Below, one piece after another: positions 1-10,895 of a DNA stretch of 64,000 bases. The position numbers and the translations under genes are program-made. The DNA is taken from contig DIRA01000025.1 in assembly GCA_002427425.1 (NCBI GenBank), forward strand, positions 921 to 64,920. Reading direction: 5' to 3'. How positions within the stretch are numbered: the first letter of the stretch is position 1; every line of letters begins with the position of its first letter. This DNA comes from Clostridiales bacterium UBA5448. GTDB lineage: Bacteria; Bacillota; Clostridia; Oscillospirales; SIG627. The notes beneath the pieces are model-generated. The model saw nothing but the letters and a program-made list of their open reading frames with translations, ran no database searches and was not told where the DNA came from.

Positions 1-134
1 CTATCCGCAAATATTTTACCGATCATCCCGATCATTTCGATCCCCGTCAATACTTGAAGCCTGCCCGCGAAAACATCAAGGCTCTTGTGAAACACAAACT
101 GGTAAATGTACTGGGCTGCAACGGAAAAGCCTAA
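1..134 (+). CDS. fba: 3' end of class II fructose-1,6-bisphosphate aldolase (partial, start off-window)
   Basis: In-frame translation IRKYFTDHPDHFDPRQYLKPARENIKALVKHKLVNVLGCNGKA* resembles the conserved C-terminus of Firmicutes FbaA (FDPRK..GP.R.AIK....G..GKA). Stop TAA at 132-134 is followed by a terminator hairpin. Confidence 0.5.
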   Translation, partial: IRKYFTDHPDHFDPRQYLKPARENIKALVKHKLVNVLGCNGKA

Positions 135-147
135 ACGTAAATGGAAC

Positions 148-175
148 GCGGGCAGCAAAAGCTGCCCGCTTCTTG
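148..175 (+). terminator. Rho-independent terminator after fba
   Basis: Stem GCGGGCAGC (148-156) / GCTGCCCGC (161-169), loop AAAA, then TTCTT. Confidence 0.6.
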
Positions 176-184
176 CCTATTGAA

Positions 185-682
185 TTACGTGGACGGCCAT
201 GCTTTTCTGATCCCGTTCATGGCAATGCCTGTGACTATCCCGCAAGGCAGGGATAAGGTGCACAAAATAGGCAAATAATATAAAAAAGAACTGCCGAAAA
301 ACAGGATGGATACCATTCCCTGCCCCAAATTAAAGGCAAGGGAAGATAATACCGAAACGCTAATCAGGGAAAAATGTTTTTCTGGTAATTTTAAAGCAAA
401 ATAGGTTACGAATAGAGAAACAATACAGCCGGTGAGGGAAAATGCCAGAGATACCGCATTTCCCATGATAAGAAACAAGATGAAAACACGCAACAGACCT
501 ACGATGAAGGCGGGCCAAAATCCCAGATATACCATACAAACCGTGACCACGATGTTGGCCAATCCCAATTTCACGCCGGGAAACGCACGCATCAAGGATA
601 CGGAGAAAAATCTCTCCGCCCAAGACAAAATCAGCGCCGTGGAAAGAAGGATACCGCAAAGGGTAAGTGTTTTTATTTTCAT
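185..682 (-). CDS. Gx transporter family membrane protein (heptaprenyl diphosphate synthase component I-like)
   Basis: Polytopic hydrophobic protein starting MKIKTLTLCGILLSTALILSWAERFF. I trimmed the ORF to Met52, which gives an ATGA overlap with the upstream NusG-II gene. This gene pairing is typical in Clostridia. Confidence 0.65.
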   Translation of the reverse strand: MKIKTLTLCGILLSTALILSWAERFFSVSLMRAFPGVKLGLANIVVTVCMVYLGFWPAFIVGLLRVFILFLIMGNAVSLAFSLTGCIVSLFVTYFALKLPEKHFSLISVSVLSSLAFNLGQGMVSILFFGSSFLYYLPILCTLSLPCGIVTGIAMNGIRKAWPST

Positions 683-1044
683 GGACACATTCCTCCCGCC
701 ACAGCATCCACGGGGAACGTTCCGTTGATGCGGACGATCACCTTCTGGGGCAAGCATATGATGCTGCGCCCTGCTTGAGAAATGCGGCCTGCTGCTTTGC
801 ACAGCCCGTCGGGACATCCTGTATCCATCACGCAAACCTGTTTATCTTCAATTTTCACGGTCAAATCCACCCCATTCACCGAATATACCGTATCCTGATT
901 TAAGGGAAGGGAATCGACCACTTCATTGCCTACGATGATTTCCACATATAAAGCCTCATTTTTCTTCTGACCATAAAGAAAAAAGCATAAAACGCCGACC
1001 AGAAGAATAGAAAAGGCCATGACAATATAGTCGCCTTTTTTCAT
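679..1044 (-). CDS. NusG domain II-containing protein
   Basis: 121 aa with an N-terminal TM helix, then YVEIIVGNEVVDSLPL..VKIEDKQVCVMDTGCPDGLCK..ICLPQKVIV, the typical NusG_II/DUF1312-like pattern. Confidence 0.65.
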   Translation of the reverse strand: MKKGDYIVMAFSILLVGVLCFFLYGQKKNEALYVEIIVGNEVVDSLPLNQDTVYSVNGVDLTVKIEDKQVCVMDTGCPDGLCKAAGRISQAGRSIICLPQKVIVRINGTFPVDAVAGGMCP

Positions 1045-1119
1045 TTATTTCAACTCCAGCGTTATTATATCACAATCGCAAGACCGGAGCAAGGGTTTTA
1101 TTCCGGTTAAGGAGCCGCC

Positions 1120-1989
1120 ATGACAAATCCCAACCCTGTCAAAAAAGTAATTGCCGTACACGATCTTTCCGGATACGGTCGTTGTTCTCTTTCTGTGATA
1201 CTTCCCGTTCTTGCCGCAATGGGTGTACAGCCCATTTCACTTCCCACCGCCCTGTTATCCACACATACCGGCGGATATACAGATTTTACATTTTTAGATC
1301 TGACGAGTCAGATCGAACCCATCTATCAGCACTGGCTTACCTTAAATAGTGATTTTCACGCGATATACAGTGGTTTTTTAGCCCATGCAGCCCAAGTGCA
1401 ATTGGTGGAAAACCTCATAGAAGCGTATCAAAATAAAACAAAAATCATACTCGTAGACCCCGTTATGGGTGATGATGGTGTGTTATACGCCACCTGTGAT
1501 GAACCGCTACTCCAAGAGATGAAACGACTCATCGGAAAAGCCACGATCATTACGCCCAATATCACCGAAGCCGTCTTTCTGCTGGGGAAACCTTACAAGG
1601 AATATTTTAATCCATCGGAAGTTAAGAATATGCTGTACGCCTTAGCAGAAATGGGTCCCAAACAGGTAGTGATTACGGGATTTAAAAACAAAAATAATAT
1701 TCATACCGGTTATCTGGATACCGCAACGGGAGAGGTCAACATACTGACCCAGGAAAAAGTCAATAAAGGCTATCCGGGCACCGGAGATGTCTTTGCCTCT
1801 ATTTTGTTGGGCCATCTTTTGAAACCGGATCCTTTGGATCAATCTGTACATTCTGCCGCCGATTTTGTGCGATATGCCATACAGTATTCTGCCCAATACG
1901 ATTATCCCGAACGGGAAGGAATCTTGCTGGAGCCATTACTCTATAAATTAACAGATAGGATGAAAGACGTATGTACGACAAAAAATTAA
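1120..1989 (+). CDS. pdxK: Pyridoxal/pyridoxamine kinase
   Basis: AAGGAG RBS 6 nt upstream. Ribokinase-like PdxK pattern: VIAVHDLSGYGRCSL, VDPVMGDDG, GTGDVFAS. Confidence 0.8.
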   Translation: MTNPNPVKKVIAVHDLSGYGRCSLSVILPVLAAMGVQPISLPTALLSTHTGGYTDFTFLDLTSQIEPIYQHWLTLNSDFHAIYSGFLAHAAQVQLVENLIEAYQNKTKIILVDPVMGDDGVLYATCDEPLLQEMKRLIGKATIITPNITEAVFLLGKPYKEYFNPSEVKNMLYALAEMGPKQVVITGFKNKNNIHTGYLDTATGEVNILTQEKVNKGYPGTGDVFASILLGHLLKPDPLDQSVHSAADFVRYAIQYSAQYDYPEREGILLEPLLYKLTDRMKDVCTTKN

Positions 1990-2492
1990 AAATCATTTGT
2001 ATCGCTTCAGTTCTCACCGCCCTGATTGTTGTTTTCACCATGCTGTTTCCCATTCCCATTCCGGGTGCCGGATTTGTATTTTTGGGTGACTTTTTCATTT
2101 ATATTGCCGCTGTTTTACTGCCTATGCCCTATGCCATGGCGACCGCTGCATTGGGCGGCGTGTTGTCGGATATTTTATTATCCTATACGATCTATGCCCC
2201 TTTTACCTTCGTGATCAAACCTCTTTTAGTTTTGTGTTTCACCAGTAAAAAACATGCCGTGCTATGCAAACGTAATATGATTGCACCTATTTTTGCCGCC
2301 ATCATTACCATGGGCGGGTATTTCCTTGCCGACTGGATTTTGTTTGGAGAAATCGGCGGGTTCGCTCAGGCTTTTACTTCTCTCCCCTTCAATGCTCTGC
2401 AGGCAGGCATATCCGGTGTTGCTCTCATTATCACGGGCTTTTTACTGGATAAAATAAAAATAAAATCCATACTACGTATCAATAAGAGGTAA
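1971..2492 (+). CDS. ECF transporter S (substrate-capture) component, possibly vitamin B6 specific
   Basis: 173 aa, about 6 TM, small S-component architecture. It overlaps the pdxK 3' end by 19 nt, which implies co-expression. Confidence 0.6.
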   Translation: MYDKKLKIICIASVLTALIVVFTMLFPIPIPGAGFVFLGDFFIYIAAVLLPMPYAMATAALGGVLSDILLSYTIYAPFTFVIKPLLVLCFTSKKHAVLCKRNMIAPIFAAIITMGGYFLADWILFGEIGGFAQAFTSLPFNALQAGISGVALIITGFLLDKIKIKSILRINKR

Positions 2493-2494
2493 CC

Positions 2495-3007
2495 ATGCTA
2501 CGAAAGCTTATCCCGGATTGTTATGTCAAAACCGTAACCTACTACAGTGCCGATTTTTTTCGATCCCGGGGTATTCGCGGGGTTTTGTTTGATATTGACA
2601 ATACATTAGAACCCTATGCCAATCCCACCCCATCCGAGAAAACGCGGCAATATTTGCAATCCCTAACCGATGCGGGCATTCAATACGGCTTTGTATCCAA
2701 CAACCATCAAAAACGGGTTGAATTGTTCAATGAACAGCTGACTGCTTTTGCTTGCTGGAAATCCGGTAAACCTTCCGGTAAAGCCTTGGAAAAGGCGAGG
2801 ATTCATTTCGGACTGCCAAAAAAAAACATGGCTTTGATCGGCGATCAGCTTCTGACCGATGTTTGGGCAGCCAAGAGATATGGTATTTTGGCTCTTTTGG
2901 TGGTCCCTTGTTGTAAAAAAGAAGCTTTTTATATCAAGCTTAAACGGATCATAGAAAAGCCTATTTTGCTGTACTATAAAGTGAAATACGGAGGAATCGC
3001 AGAATGA
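2495..3007 (+). CDS. YqeG-family HAD-IIIA phosphatase
   Basis: VLFDIDNTL motif I, FVSNN motif II, GDQLLTDV motif IV. Confidence 0.8.
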   Translation: MLRKLIPDCYVKTVTYYSADFFRSRGIRGVLFDIDNTLEPYANPTPSEKTRQYLQSLTDAGIQYGFVSNNHQKRVELFNEQLTAFACWKSGKPSGKALEKARIHFGLPKKNMALIGDQLLTDVWAAKRYGILALLVVPCCKKEAFYIKLKRIIEKPILLYYKVKYGGIAE

Positions 3008-3858
3008 AGGAAGCCATATTCGGACCGGCGGGAAATGCAGAGGAGTTCTATGCAGACGGGAATAAGTCCTCCTATCAGGCACCTGCCTGGCTGGCTGCCT
3101 ACGGTCTGAATGCGTATGAGTACCAATGCGGCAAAGGGGTATTGATCTCGGAAGCCATGTGCAAAACCATTGGGGAAGAAGCTAAAAAACATGAAATTAC
3201 CCTGTCCCTCCATGCGCCCTATTTCATTTCCTTATCCAGTGTTGAGCCGGAAAAACGCAGGAAAAGTGTGCACTATATTCTCCAAAGTCTTCGGGCAGCC
3301 CATGCTATGGGCGCCACGTTGATTGTGGTACATACAGGTAGCGCCGGTAAAATACCCAGAGAAAAAGCTATGAAATTGGCGGCGGATACGATATATCTTG
3401 CTTTAAACGCATCGGCAAAAGAAGGATTTTCCCCCATCACCATCGGACTGGAAACCATGGGCAAAATCAATCAATTGGGTACGCTGAACGAAGTGCTTCA
3501 ATTGTGTCAAATCGACACGTCCCTTCGTCCCGTGGTGGATTTCGGTCATTTGAATGCTAGAGGTTTGGGTGCCATCAAAACCGAAGAAGACTATGAAAAG
3601 ATTTTTGACACCATTGCAACCACACTTTCCGCTGAACAGGCGCAAAAGCTTCATGTGCATTTTTCTAAAATTGAATATTCTAAAGGCGGCGAATCCAAGC
3701 ACCTCACCTTTGAAAGCGACCTTTTCGGTCCCTCGCCGGAACAGTTTTCCGCTGTTATCGCGCGCCATCAACTTACGCCTACCGTCATATGTGAATCGGC
3801 AGGAACCATGGCAAAAGACGCCAAATACCTGCAAAACATATACAGGAGTCTACTATGA
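3004..3858 (+). CDS. Xylose-isomerase-like TIM barrel / AP endonuclease family 2 protein (endonuclease IV-like)
   Basis: LSLHAPYFISL, LIVVHTGS, DFGHLNA and VHFSKIEY match the metal-ligand pattern of Nfo-like TIM barrels. 4-nt overlaps with both neighbouring genes. Confidence 0.55.
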   Translation: MKEAIFGPAGNAEEFYADGNKSSYQAPAWLAAYGLNAYEYQCGKGVLISEAMCKTIGEEAKKHEITLSLHAPYFISLSSVEPEKRRKSVHYILQSLRAAHAMGATLIVVHTGSAGKIPREKAMKLAADTIYLALNASAKEGFSPITIGLETMGKINQLGTLNEVLQLCQIDTSLRPVVDFGHLNARGLGAIKTEEDYEKIFDTIATTLSAEQAQKLHVHFSKIEYSKGGESKHLTFESDLFGPSPEQFSAVIARHQLTPTVICESAGTMAKDAKYLQNIYRSLL

Positions 3859-4937
3859 ATAACCTGGAGAGATTCAGAAAACAATACCCCTTGGAGCTTG
3901 ACGAAGCGGTTCTCATCACCTCGGATATCAATCGCAGTTACCTCACCGGCTTCCGGTCAAGTGCCGGTTTGCTTGTTATTTTTAAAAACAGCGCCTACTT
4001 CTTTTTAGATTTCAGATATATGGAAATGGCACAAATTGCCCGGAATAAGGGTATGATCCCCACTGAAATTTCCATTATTCCCATTAAAAACGGCCCCTAC
4101 CAAAATGTGGGCGTGTTGTTTCAGGAAAAAGGCATCAGACGGTATCAGTTCGAAGACTATTCCGTTTCCTATAAAAAAGCCCTGGATATGAAATCTATGT
4201 TTCCCACTCTGGAGCAAAATTGCTTGGGCAATGCGGTAGAGAATTTGAGAAAAGTAAAATCTCAAAAAGAACTGAACAAAATTATCCAAGCCCAAAAAAT
4301 CACCGATGAAGCCTTTTCGTATATTCTGGGCATCATTTCCCCCCGAATGACCGAACGTGAATTGGCTTTGGAACTGGACTTTCACGTTTTAAAACTAGGT
4401 GCCGAAGCCATGGCATTTGAAACCATCGTGGTTTCCGGCCAAAACTCTGCTCTCCCTCACGGCAGGCCGCAAGACAACCCATTGACCCCAAACGGATTTA
4501 TCACCATCGATTTCGGCGCACAACTGGATGGATATTGTTCTGATATGACCCGGACTGTATCGCTGGGAAAAGCCGATGAACCCATGAAAAAAGTATATTC
4601 CACGGTTTTGGATGCTCAAAATGCCGCTTTTTCTGTCATCAAAGGCGGCGTGGCGGGAAACGTGGTGGACGATGCTGCCAGAAGGGTGATCAACAAGGCC
4701 GGCTATGAAGGCTGTTTTGGTCATTCCTTGGGACATTCTCTGGGAATGCTGGTCCATGAAAGCCCCAATTTTGCTCCCACGTATAATACCCCCATCAACA
4801 CAGGTGCCGTCATGAGCGTAGAGCCCGGCATTTATCTCAATCAAACCTACGGGGTTCGTATTGAAGATATCGTATACGTGACAGCCGATGGATTTATCAA
4901 TCTCACCCAATCTCCAAAAAACTTACTGGAATTATAA
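3855..4937 (+). CDS. pepP: Xaa-Pro aminopeptidase (M24 family)
   Basis: Creatinase-like N-terminal domain plus M24 core with DFGA..DGYCSDMTRT, HSLGHSLG, VEPGIY, RIED metal ligands. It sits upstream of efp, as in many Firmicutes. Confidence 0.85.
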   Translation: MNNLERFRKQYPLELDEAVLITSDINRSYLTGFRSSAGLLVIFKNSAYFFLDFRYMEMAQIARNKGMIPTEISIIPIKNGPYQNVGVLFQEKGIRRYQFEDYSVSYKKALDMKSMFPTLEQNCLGNAVENLRKVKSQKELNKIIQAQKITDEAFSYILGIISPRMTERELALELDFHVLKLGAEAMAFETIVVSGQNSALPHGRPQDNPLTPNGFITIDFGAQLDGYCSDMTRTVSLGKADEPMKKVYSTVLDAQNAAFSVIKGGVAGNVVDDAARRVINKAGYEGCFGHSLGHSLGMLVHESPNFAPTYNTPINTGAVMSVEPGIYLNQTYGVRIEDIVYVTADGFINLTQSPKNLLEL

Positions 4938-4967
4938 CAAAATATGTATATTTATTTATATTTTCTA

Positions 4968-4996
4968 TTGAATTTATCTGTATATTGTGTTATAGT
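4968..4996 (+). promoter_or_regulatory. Candidate sigma-A promoter for efp
   Basis: TTGAAT (4968-4973), 17-nt spacer, TATAGT (4991-4996). Confidence 0.45.
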
Positions 4997-5040
4997 AACG
5001 GAAGGATATGTGCATAAATTGCTAATTATTGGAGGTATAT

Positions 5041-5598
5041 ATGATTTCAGCAGGTGATTTCAGAAATGGTATAACATTTGAGATGGACGGGAACGTCATG
5101 CAGATCATCGAATTTCAGCATGTAAAACCCGGTAAAGGAGCCGCTTTTGTCCGTACGAAATTGAGAAACGTCATTACGGGTTCTGTGGTTGAAAAAACAT
5201 TTAACCCTACAGATAAATATCCCTCCGCAATCATTGAACGAAAGGATATGCAGTACTTGTATCATGATGGCAACCTATATTTTTTTATGGATATGGAATC
5301 CTATGATCAAGTTCCCATCAGCCAGGACAAATTGGATGATAACTTCATATTTGTCAAAGAAAACATGATGGTTCGTATTTGCTCTTATAAAGGAAATGTA
5401 TTTGCCGTGGAACCTCCCATGTTTGTCGAACTGGCAGTGACCGAGACCGAGCCCGGTTTCAAGGGCGATACCGCCACCGGCGCTTCCAAACCCTGCAAGC
5501 TGGAAACCGGCGCACAAATCAAAGTACCCTTGTTCATAAACGAAGGCGATATTTTAAAAATTGATACCCGAACAGGCCAGTACCTCGAAAGAGTATAA
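5041..5598 (+). CDS. efp: Elongation factor P
   Basis: [37 protein letters not shown] 5 nt upstream of ATG 5041. Confidence 0.95.
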   Translation: MISAGDFRNGITFEMDGNVMQIIEFQHVKPGKGAAFVRTKLRNVITGSVVEKTFNPTDKYPSAIIERKDMQYLYHDGNLYFFMDMESYDQVPISQDKLDDNFIFVKENMMVRICSYKGNVFAVEPPMFVELAVTETEPGFKGDTATGASKPCKLETGAQIKVPLFINEGDILKIDTRTGQYLERV

Positions 5599-5615
5599 AA
5601 CAAATAAAGGAGGAT

Positions 5616-5945
5616 ATGAGTATGACCATTGGTGAAAAAGTAGCCCATCTGAAAGGTCTTATGGAAGGATTAAACATTGGTGAAGCTACACCTGAAGCAA
5701 AAACTCTTGCCAAAATCGCTGATATCTTAGAAGACATGGCCCTTGCAATCGAAGATTTGGATGATGAATGTGCTTCTCTGAACGAATATCTTGAACAGAT
5801 CGATGAAGATCTTGGTAGAGCGGAAGAAGAAATTTACGGCGATTGGGAAGACGATTGCTGTGACTGTGATGATGAATGTGATGATGAATGCTGCTGCGAT
5901 TGTGGCTGCGAAGATGATTCCGACATCGTCGAAGAAGAGAAGTAA
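5616..5945 (+). CDS. CD1247 N-terminal domain-like protein with a Cys/Asp/Glu-only C-terminal tail
   Basis: Helical acidic N-terminal part (GEKVAHLKGLMEGL..ILEDMALAIEDLDDE) as in the efp-linked CD1247 family. AAGGAGGA RBS; the start may be ATG 5622. Confidence 0.6.
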   Translation: MSMTIGEKVAHLKGLMEGLNIGEATPEAKTLAKIADILEDMALAIEDLDDECASLNEYLEQIDEDLGRAEEEIYGDWEDDCCDCDDECDDECCCDCGCEDDSDIVEEEK

Positions 5946-5960
5946 GAATTATCAGCCTAT

Positions 5961-6000
5961 AAAAAAACGACCATTTTTTAAATGGTCATTTTTTTATTTT
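5961..6000. terminator. Bidirectional rho-independent terminator
   Basis: A-run, stem GACCATTT (5969-5976) / AAATGGTC (5980-5987), then T-run. It lies between convergent genes. Confidence 0.65.
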
Positions 6001-6643
6001 ACTGCTTCTTTGCGCCATACTCAATCATCGCCTGATATAATTTCAAGTTGTCATTGTATGTGCTTTTGCTTGGTACATTTCGAATACAGATTAACGTCGA
6101 GCCGGGCAAGGCATTGAATCCGTCTGTTTGAGAAACATTCAAATCTTTCAGACGAATGGCACAATCGTCATATGCGTTGTCAGGAACATATCCCAACGTA
6201 TCTTCAAAAGGAACCACTTTATTAGTTTCACGCAAAATGTTATATAAGAACCCATCAACCAAAAGTATGATTGAATCCCCTGCTGCAATTTCCAATTGAA
6301 AACGCTCCATGGTTTCAGCATGTTTGGCAGCATTCAATGCCTCATTGCTTGCATACATTTCGGTGGGTGCCAATTGAAGTGAGATGAAATTCATGGCCAA
6401 TTGCCCGTCCCCATTATAATCATCGATCAATGAAAATACAGTTGTTTCCATTTCCTCTATTTCCGTTTTGCTGATCAAGTCATAGCCTGCGTACATCAGA
6501 TGTACATCCGGTTCCACTTTATTGAACAATTGAACGGTACAAATGATGATAACCATCAAAATAAATCCGACAACCAAGGTGACTGTCTTGTAATGATACC
6601 AATAATTATCCAGCCATTGGCGGAAAGTCATTTTTTCCGGCAT
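5999..6643 (-). CDS. Hypothetical membrane-anchored protein
   Basis: 214 aa with a single N-terminal TM (VTLVVGFILMVIIICTV), then a soluble domain. No family recognised. Confidence 0.55.
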   Translation of the reverse strand: MPEKMTFRQWLDNYWYHYKTVTLVVGFILMVIIICTVQLFNKVEPDVHLMYAGYDLISKTEIEEMETTVFSLIDDYNGDGQLAMNFISLQLAPTEMYASNEALNAAKHAETMERFQLEIAAGDSIILLVDGFLYNILRETNKVVPFEDTLGYVPDNAYDDCAIRLKDLNVSQTDGFNALPGSTLICIRNVPSKSTYNDNLKLYQAMIEYGAKKQ

Positions 6644-6656
6644 ATCATTCCCCTAC

Positions 6657-8198
<1,542 letters not shown>

Positions 8199-8678
8199 TT
8201 ACAGAATTTCCAATACTTTCAGCTTTAATTTACCTTTGAGTGTTTCACAGGTGGTTTCCTGTCCCAATCCCAATCCCAACAGAGCTTTGCCGATGGGGGA
8301 TTCGTTGCTGATTTTATTTTCCAAAGGAGCAGCTTCCGTTGTACCCACGATGATGTATTCATGTATCGTGACGGTTCCTTCGGGGGTGGTTTTTTCAATT
8401 TTCACTTTATGTCCCAAAGAAACACTATTGTCATTGGAAGGAGAAGCAATGATCTGAATGTGATTCAACATTTCTTCCAATTCAAAAATTCTTGACTGGA
8501 CTTTCCCTTGTTCATTCTTAGCTTCTTCATATTCGCTGTTTTCGGATAAATCCCCAAAGGCTTTAGCTTGGGCAAGCATTTCGTTGACTTCCGGACGGCG
8601 TTTCAACTTCAAGTAATCCAGCTCATCTTTAATAGCTTGAAGACCTTCCTGTGTAACCATTGTAACTTTTGTAGGCAT
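8199..8678 (-). CDS. greA: Transcription elongation factor GreA
   Basis: AKAFGDLSENSEYEEAKNEQ coiled-coil tip motif plus a C-terminal FKBP-like domain. Confidence 0.95.
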   Translation of the reverse strand: MPTKVTMVTQEGLQAIKDELDYLKLKRRPEVNEMLAQAKAFGDLSENSEYEEAKNEQGKVQSRIFELEEMLNHIQIIASPSNDNSVSLGHKVKIEKTTPEGTVTIHEYIIVGTTEAAPLENKISNESPIGKALLGLGLGQETTCETLKGKLKLKVLEIL

Positions 8679-8710
8679 AATGGTATCTCCTGTATCAATT
8701 TATTTCAATA

Positions 8711-9928
8711 TTAAGGTTTCTTCACATAGTTCAAAGGATTGACGGCAGTCCCATTGGAATATACCGTAAAGTGTAAATGCATGCCGGTGGAACGACCGGT
8801 TGTTCCCACCTTGCCGATCTGTTCGCCCAGCTTCACCTTATCCCCTACCTTTACGGAATAGGAGGTTAAATGAGCATAGAGGGTGGAAATGGTTTTTCCG
8901 TTGCTGGTACCGTGTTCAATAATCACACAGTTGCCGAACCCACCGTAGTATTTGGCAAGAATCACCTTACCTGCCGATGCGGCATATACCGGGGGTGTGC
9001 TTCCGTATGTAGCAATATCAATACCGTTATGATATTCAGTTGACCCGGTAAAGGGATCGGATCGGTAACCAAAGGAAGAACTGATATAGCAAGAGGCTGT
9101 TTTCAACGGCCAGATCATATCGCCACTGAACAATACCTTTTCTTTTTCTTTGATCTGTTTATTCAAGGATACCAGCATGGCGGAAATTTCAGCATTGGTT
9201 CTTTCTTCTTCCGCCTGTAGTTCTTTGAGCTTTTCTTTGTCCGCTTCCGCTTCGAAAATCAAAGAGGTGGCGTTGGCAATCCGGACTTCACAGACGGCAG
9301 CCAAAATGACTTGTTCCCGGTAGGAAGATTTATATTCATTCAGTACCGCTTCCGTTTCGGATTTTTTCACTTCTAAATCCGCAATATCATTGGTAATGCT
9401 TTGAATCAACTCATAATCGTAATCCAAAATATCCGTGGTATTGGTGGTTCTGGAAACAAATTCGGAAAAGTCTTTGGATGACAATGCATACGACAGTTTT
9501 TCCATGGTGCTGTAGGTTTGCGAAATCTTCATCAATGCAAGAAATGCCATCGTTCCGCTTTCAATCCTGGATTCCAACGTATCGATTTGGGTTTCATACT
9601 CACCCAGCAAATCGCCGTAAATTAAAATCAGATCCTTATAAATATTGATTTCTGACTGAATGGCCAAATATTCATCGTCCATCTTTTGCTTTTGAACCAA
9701 TATAGAACTGGTTTGTTTGTCCAATTTTGATAACTCAGAAGCAATGCGATCAAGCTCACCTTTCACATTTTTTAATTGATTTTCTTTAGATTTCTTTTCG
9801 GAAATGAGCTGATTGTAGCTTTTTTCAGCACGGACGACTGGACAGGATACCGAAAAAACAGATATACAAGATGATACAATCAAAAGAAAAGCGAATGCGA
9901 AATGAAATACTCTCTTCATTCGTTTCAT
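8711..9928 (-). CDS. M23 family peptidoglycan DD-metalloendopeptidase with coiled-coil N-terminus (EnvC-like)
   Basis: Signal/TM, long coiled coil, then HNGIDIA..HLHF M23 motifs. It lies directly downstream of ftsEX. Confidence 0.85.
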   Translation of the reverse strand: MKRMKRVFHFAFAFLLIVSSCISVFSVSCPVVRAEKSYNQLISEKKSKENQLKNVKGELDRIASELSKLDKQTSSILVQKQKMDDEYLAIQSEINIYKDLILIYGDLLGEYETQIDTLESRIESGTMAFLALMKISQTYSTMEKLSYALSSKDFSEFVSRTTNTTDILDYDYELIQSITNDIADLEVKKSETEAVLNEYKSSYREQVILAAVCEVRIANATSLIFEAEADKEKLKELQAEEERTNAEISAMLVSLNKQIKEKEKVLFSGDMIWPLKTASCYISSSFGYRSDPFTGSTEYHNGIDIATYGSTPPVYAASAGKVILAKYYGGFGNCVIIEHGTSNGKTISTLYAHLTSYSVKVGDKVKLGEQIGKVGTTGRSTGMHLHFTVYSNGTAVNPLNYVKKP

Positions 9929-9950
9929 TCTTTCACCTCTTCTATATTAT

Positions 9951-10892
9951 TTAGGTTTTCTTGAAATTTCTCAACGAGAACAGGCTTCCCGCGACTCCGG
10001 TAAAAATGCCGATGATGGCGAACCCCAGAGCAACTTCCCACCAAACTTGGGGGAAATTGATGACCGTTACAAAGGAGCCGAGTCCGGGTAACATAGTCCA
10101 AACGTATTGATACAAATAAAATTGGACGCCATATGCCAGCAACGCCGAAAACAGGCCGATGAACAATCCTTCCAATACATAGGGAACACAAACGAAAAAC
10201 GATGTAGCCCCTACATACCGCATGATGAAAATTTCTTCGCGACGGGAATATATGGATACCTTAATGGTATTGATGATCACAAATAAAGCAACCACAAACA
10301 ACAAAAGCATTAAGGCAGAACACACAAATGAAATGATATTTCTGAGTCCGTCAATTTGCTGGGATACTTCCGAGTTGTCCTTAATATCTACAAAGTAGGG
10401 CCCCAAATCGCCGGAAGACAGCCGGATGACGATGCTGTTGGCAGCCGATGTATCTTTATACGAAAGAATAAAATACGCTTTCAAAGGATTTACATTCCCC
10501 AGCATGGTTTCAATGCTTTTCATTTCATCCTCGCTGATGGAAGGATTTTCTCTGTATTCATCCAGCTGTTTTTGAAGTGCCTCTTGTTTTGATATATAGG
10601 AAACCGTATTGATTCCCAATGACTGAATTGTTTGCAATTCTTCAATCTTGTGCTGCAGATCGGAAATATCCCCTTCCGTGGCATCTTCTTTGATAAAAGC
10701 TACAATTTTATTGTAATCCTTTAACCCTTCCAGGTTGTGATTAATATTGAGGGTCAATAAATAGAAATTACCGACTACGAGCAAACAGCAGAACAATGCA
10801 AACACCGAAGCGATGGTCATAACGCTGTTCCGAATAATACCCCAAAAAGCCAGTTTCAAAAAATATGAAACGCTATATACTTTCATCTTCAT
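9951..10892 (-). CDS. ftsX: Cell division permease-like protein FtsX
   Basis: TM1, large extracellular loop, then three C-terminal TMs. It follows ftsE with a 3-nt gap. Confidence 0.85.
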   Translation of the reverse strand: MKMKVYSVSYFLKLAFWGIIRNSVMTIASVFALFCCLLVVGNFYLLTLNINHNLEGLKDYNKIVAFIKEDATEGDISDLQHKIEELQTIQSLGINTVSYISKQEALQKQLDEYRENPSISEDEMKSIETMLGNVNPLKAYFILSYKDTSAANSIVIRLSSGDLGPYFVDIKDNSEVSQQIDGLRNIISFVCSALMLLLFVVALFVIINTIKVSIYSRREEIFIMRYVGATSFFVCVPYVLEGLFIGLFSALLAYGVQFYLYQYVWTMLPGLGSFVTVINFPQVWWEVALGFAIIGIFTGVAGSLFSLRNFKKT

Positions 10893-10895
10893 GGC

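Noticed and set aside
683-835. 51-codon N-terminal extension of the Gx transporter ORF
   Set aside because: It overlaps the NusG-II gene. The internal Met gives an ATGA junction and a typical membrane-protein N-terminus.
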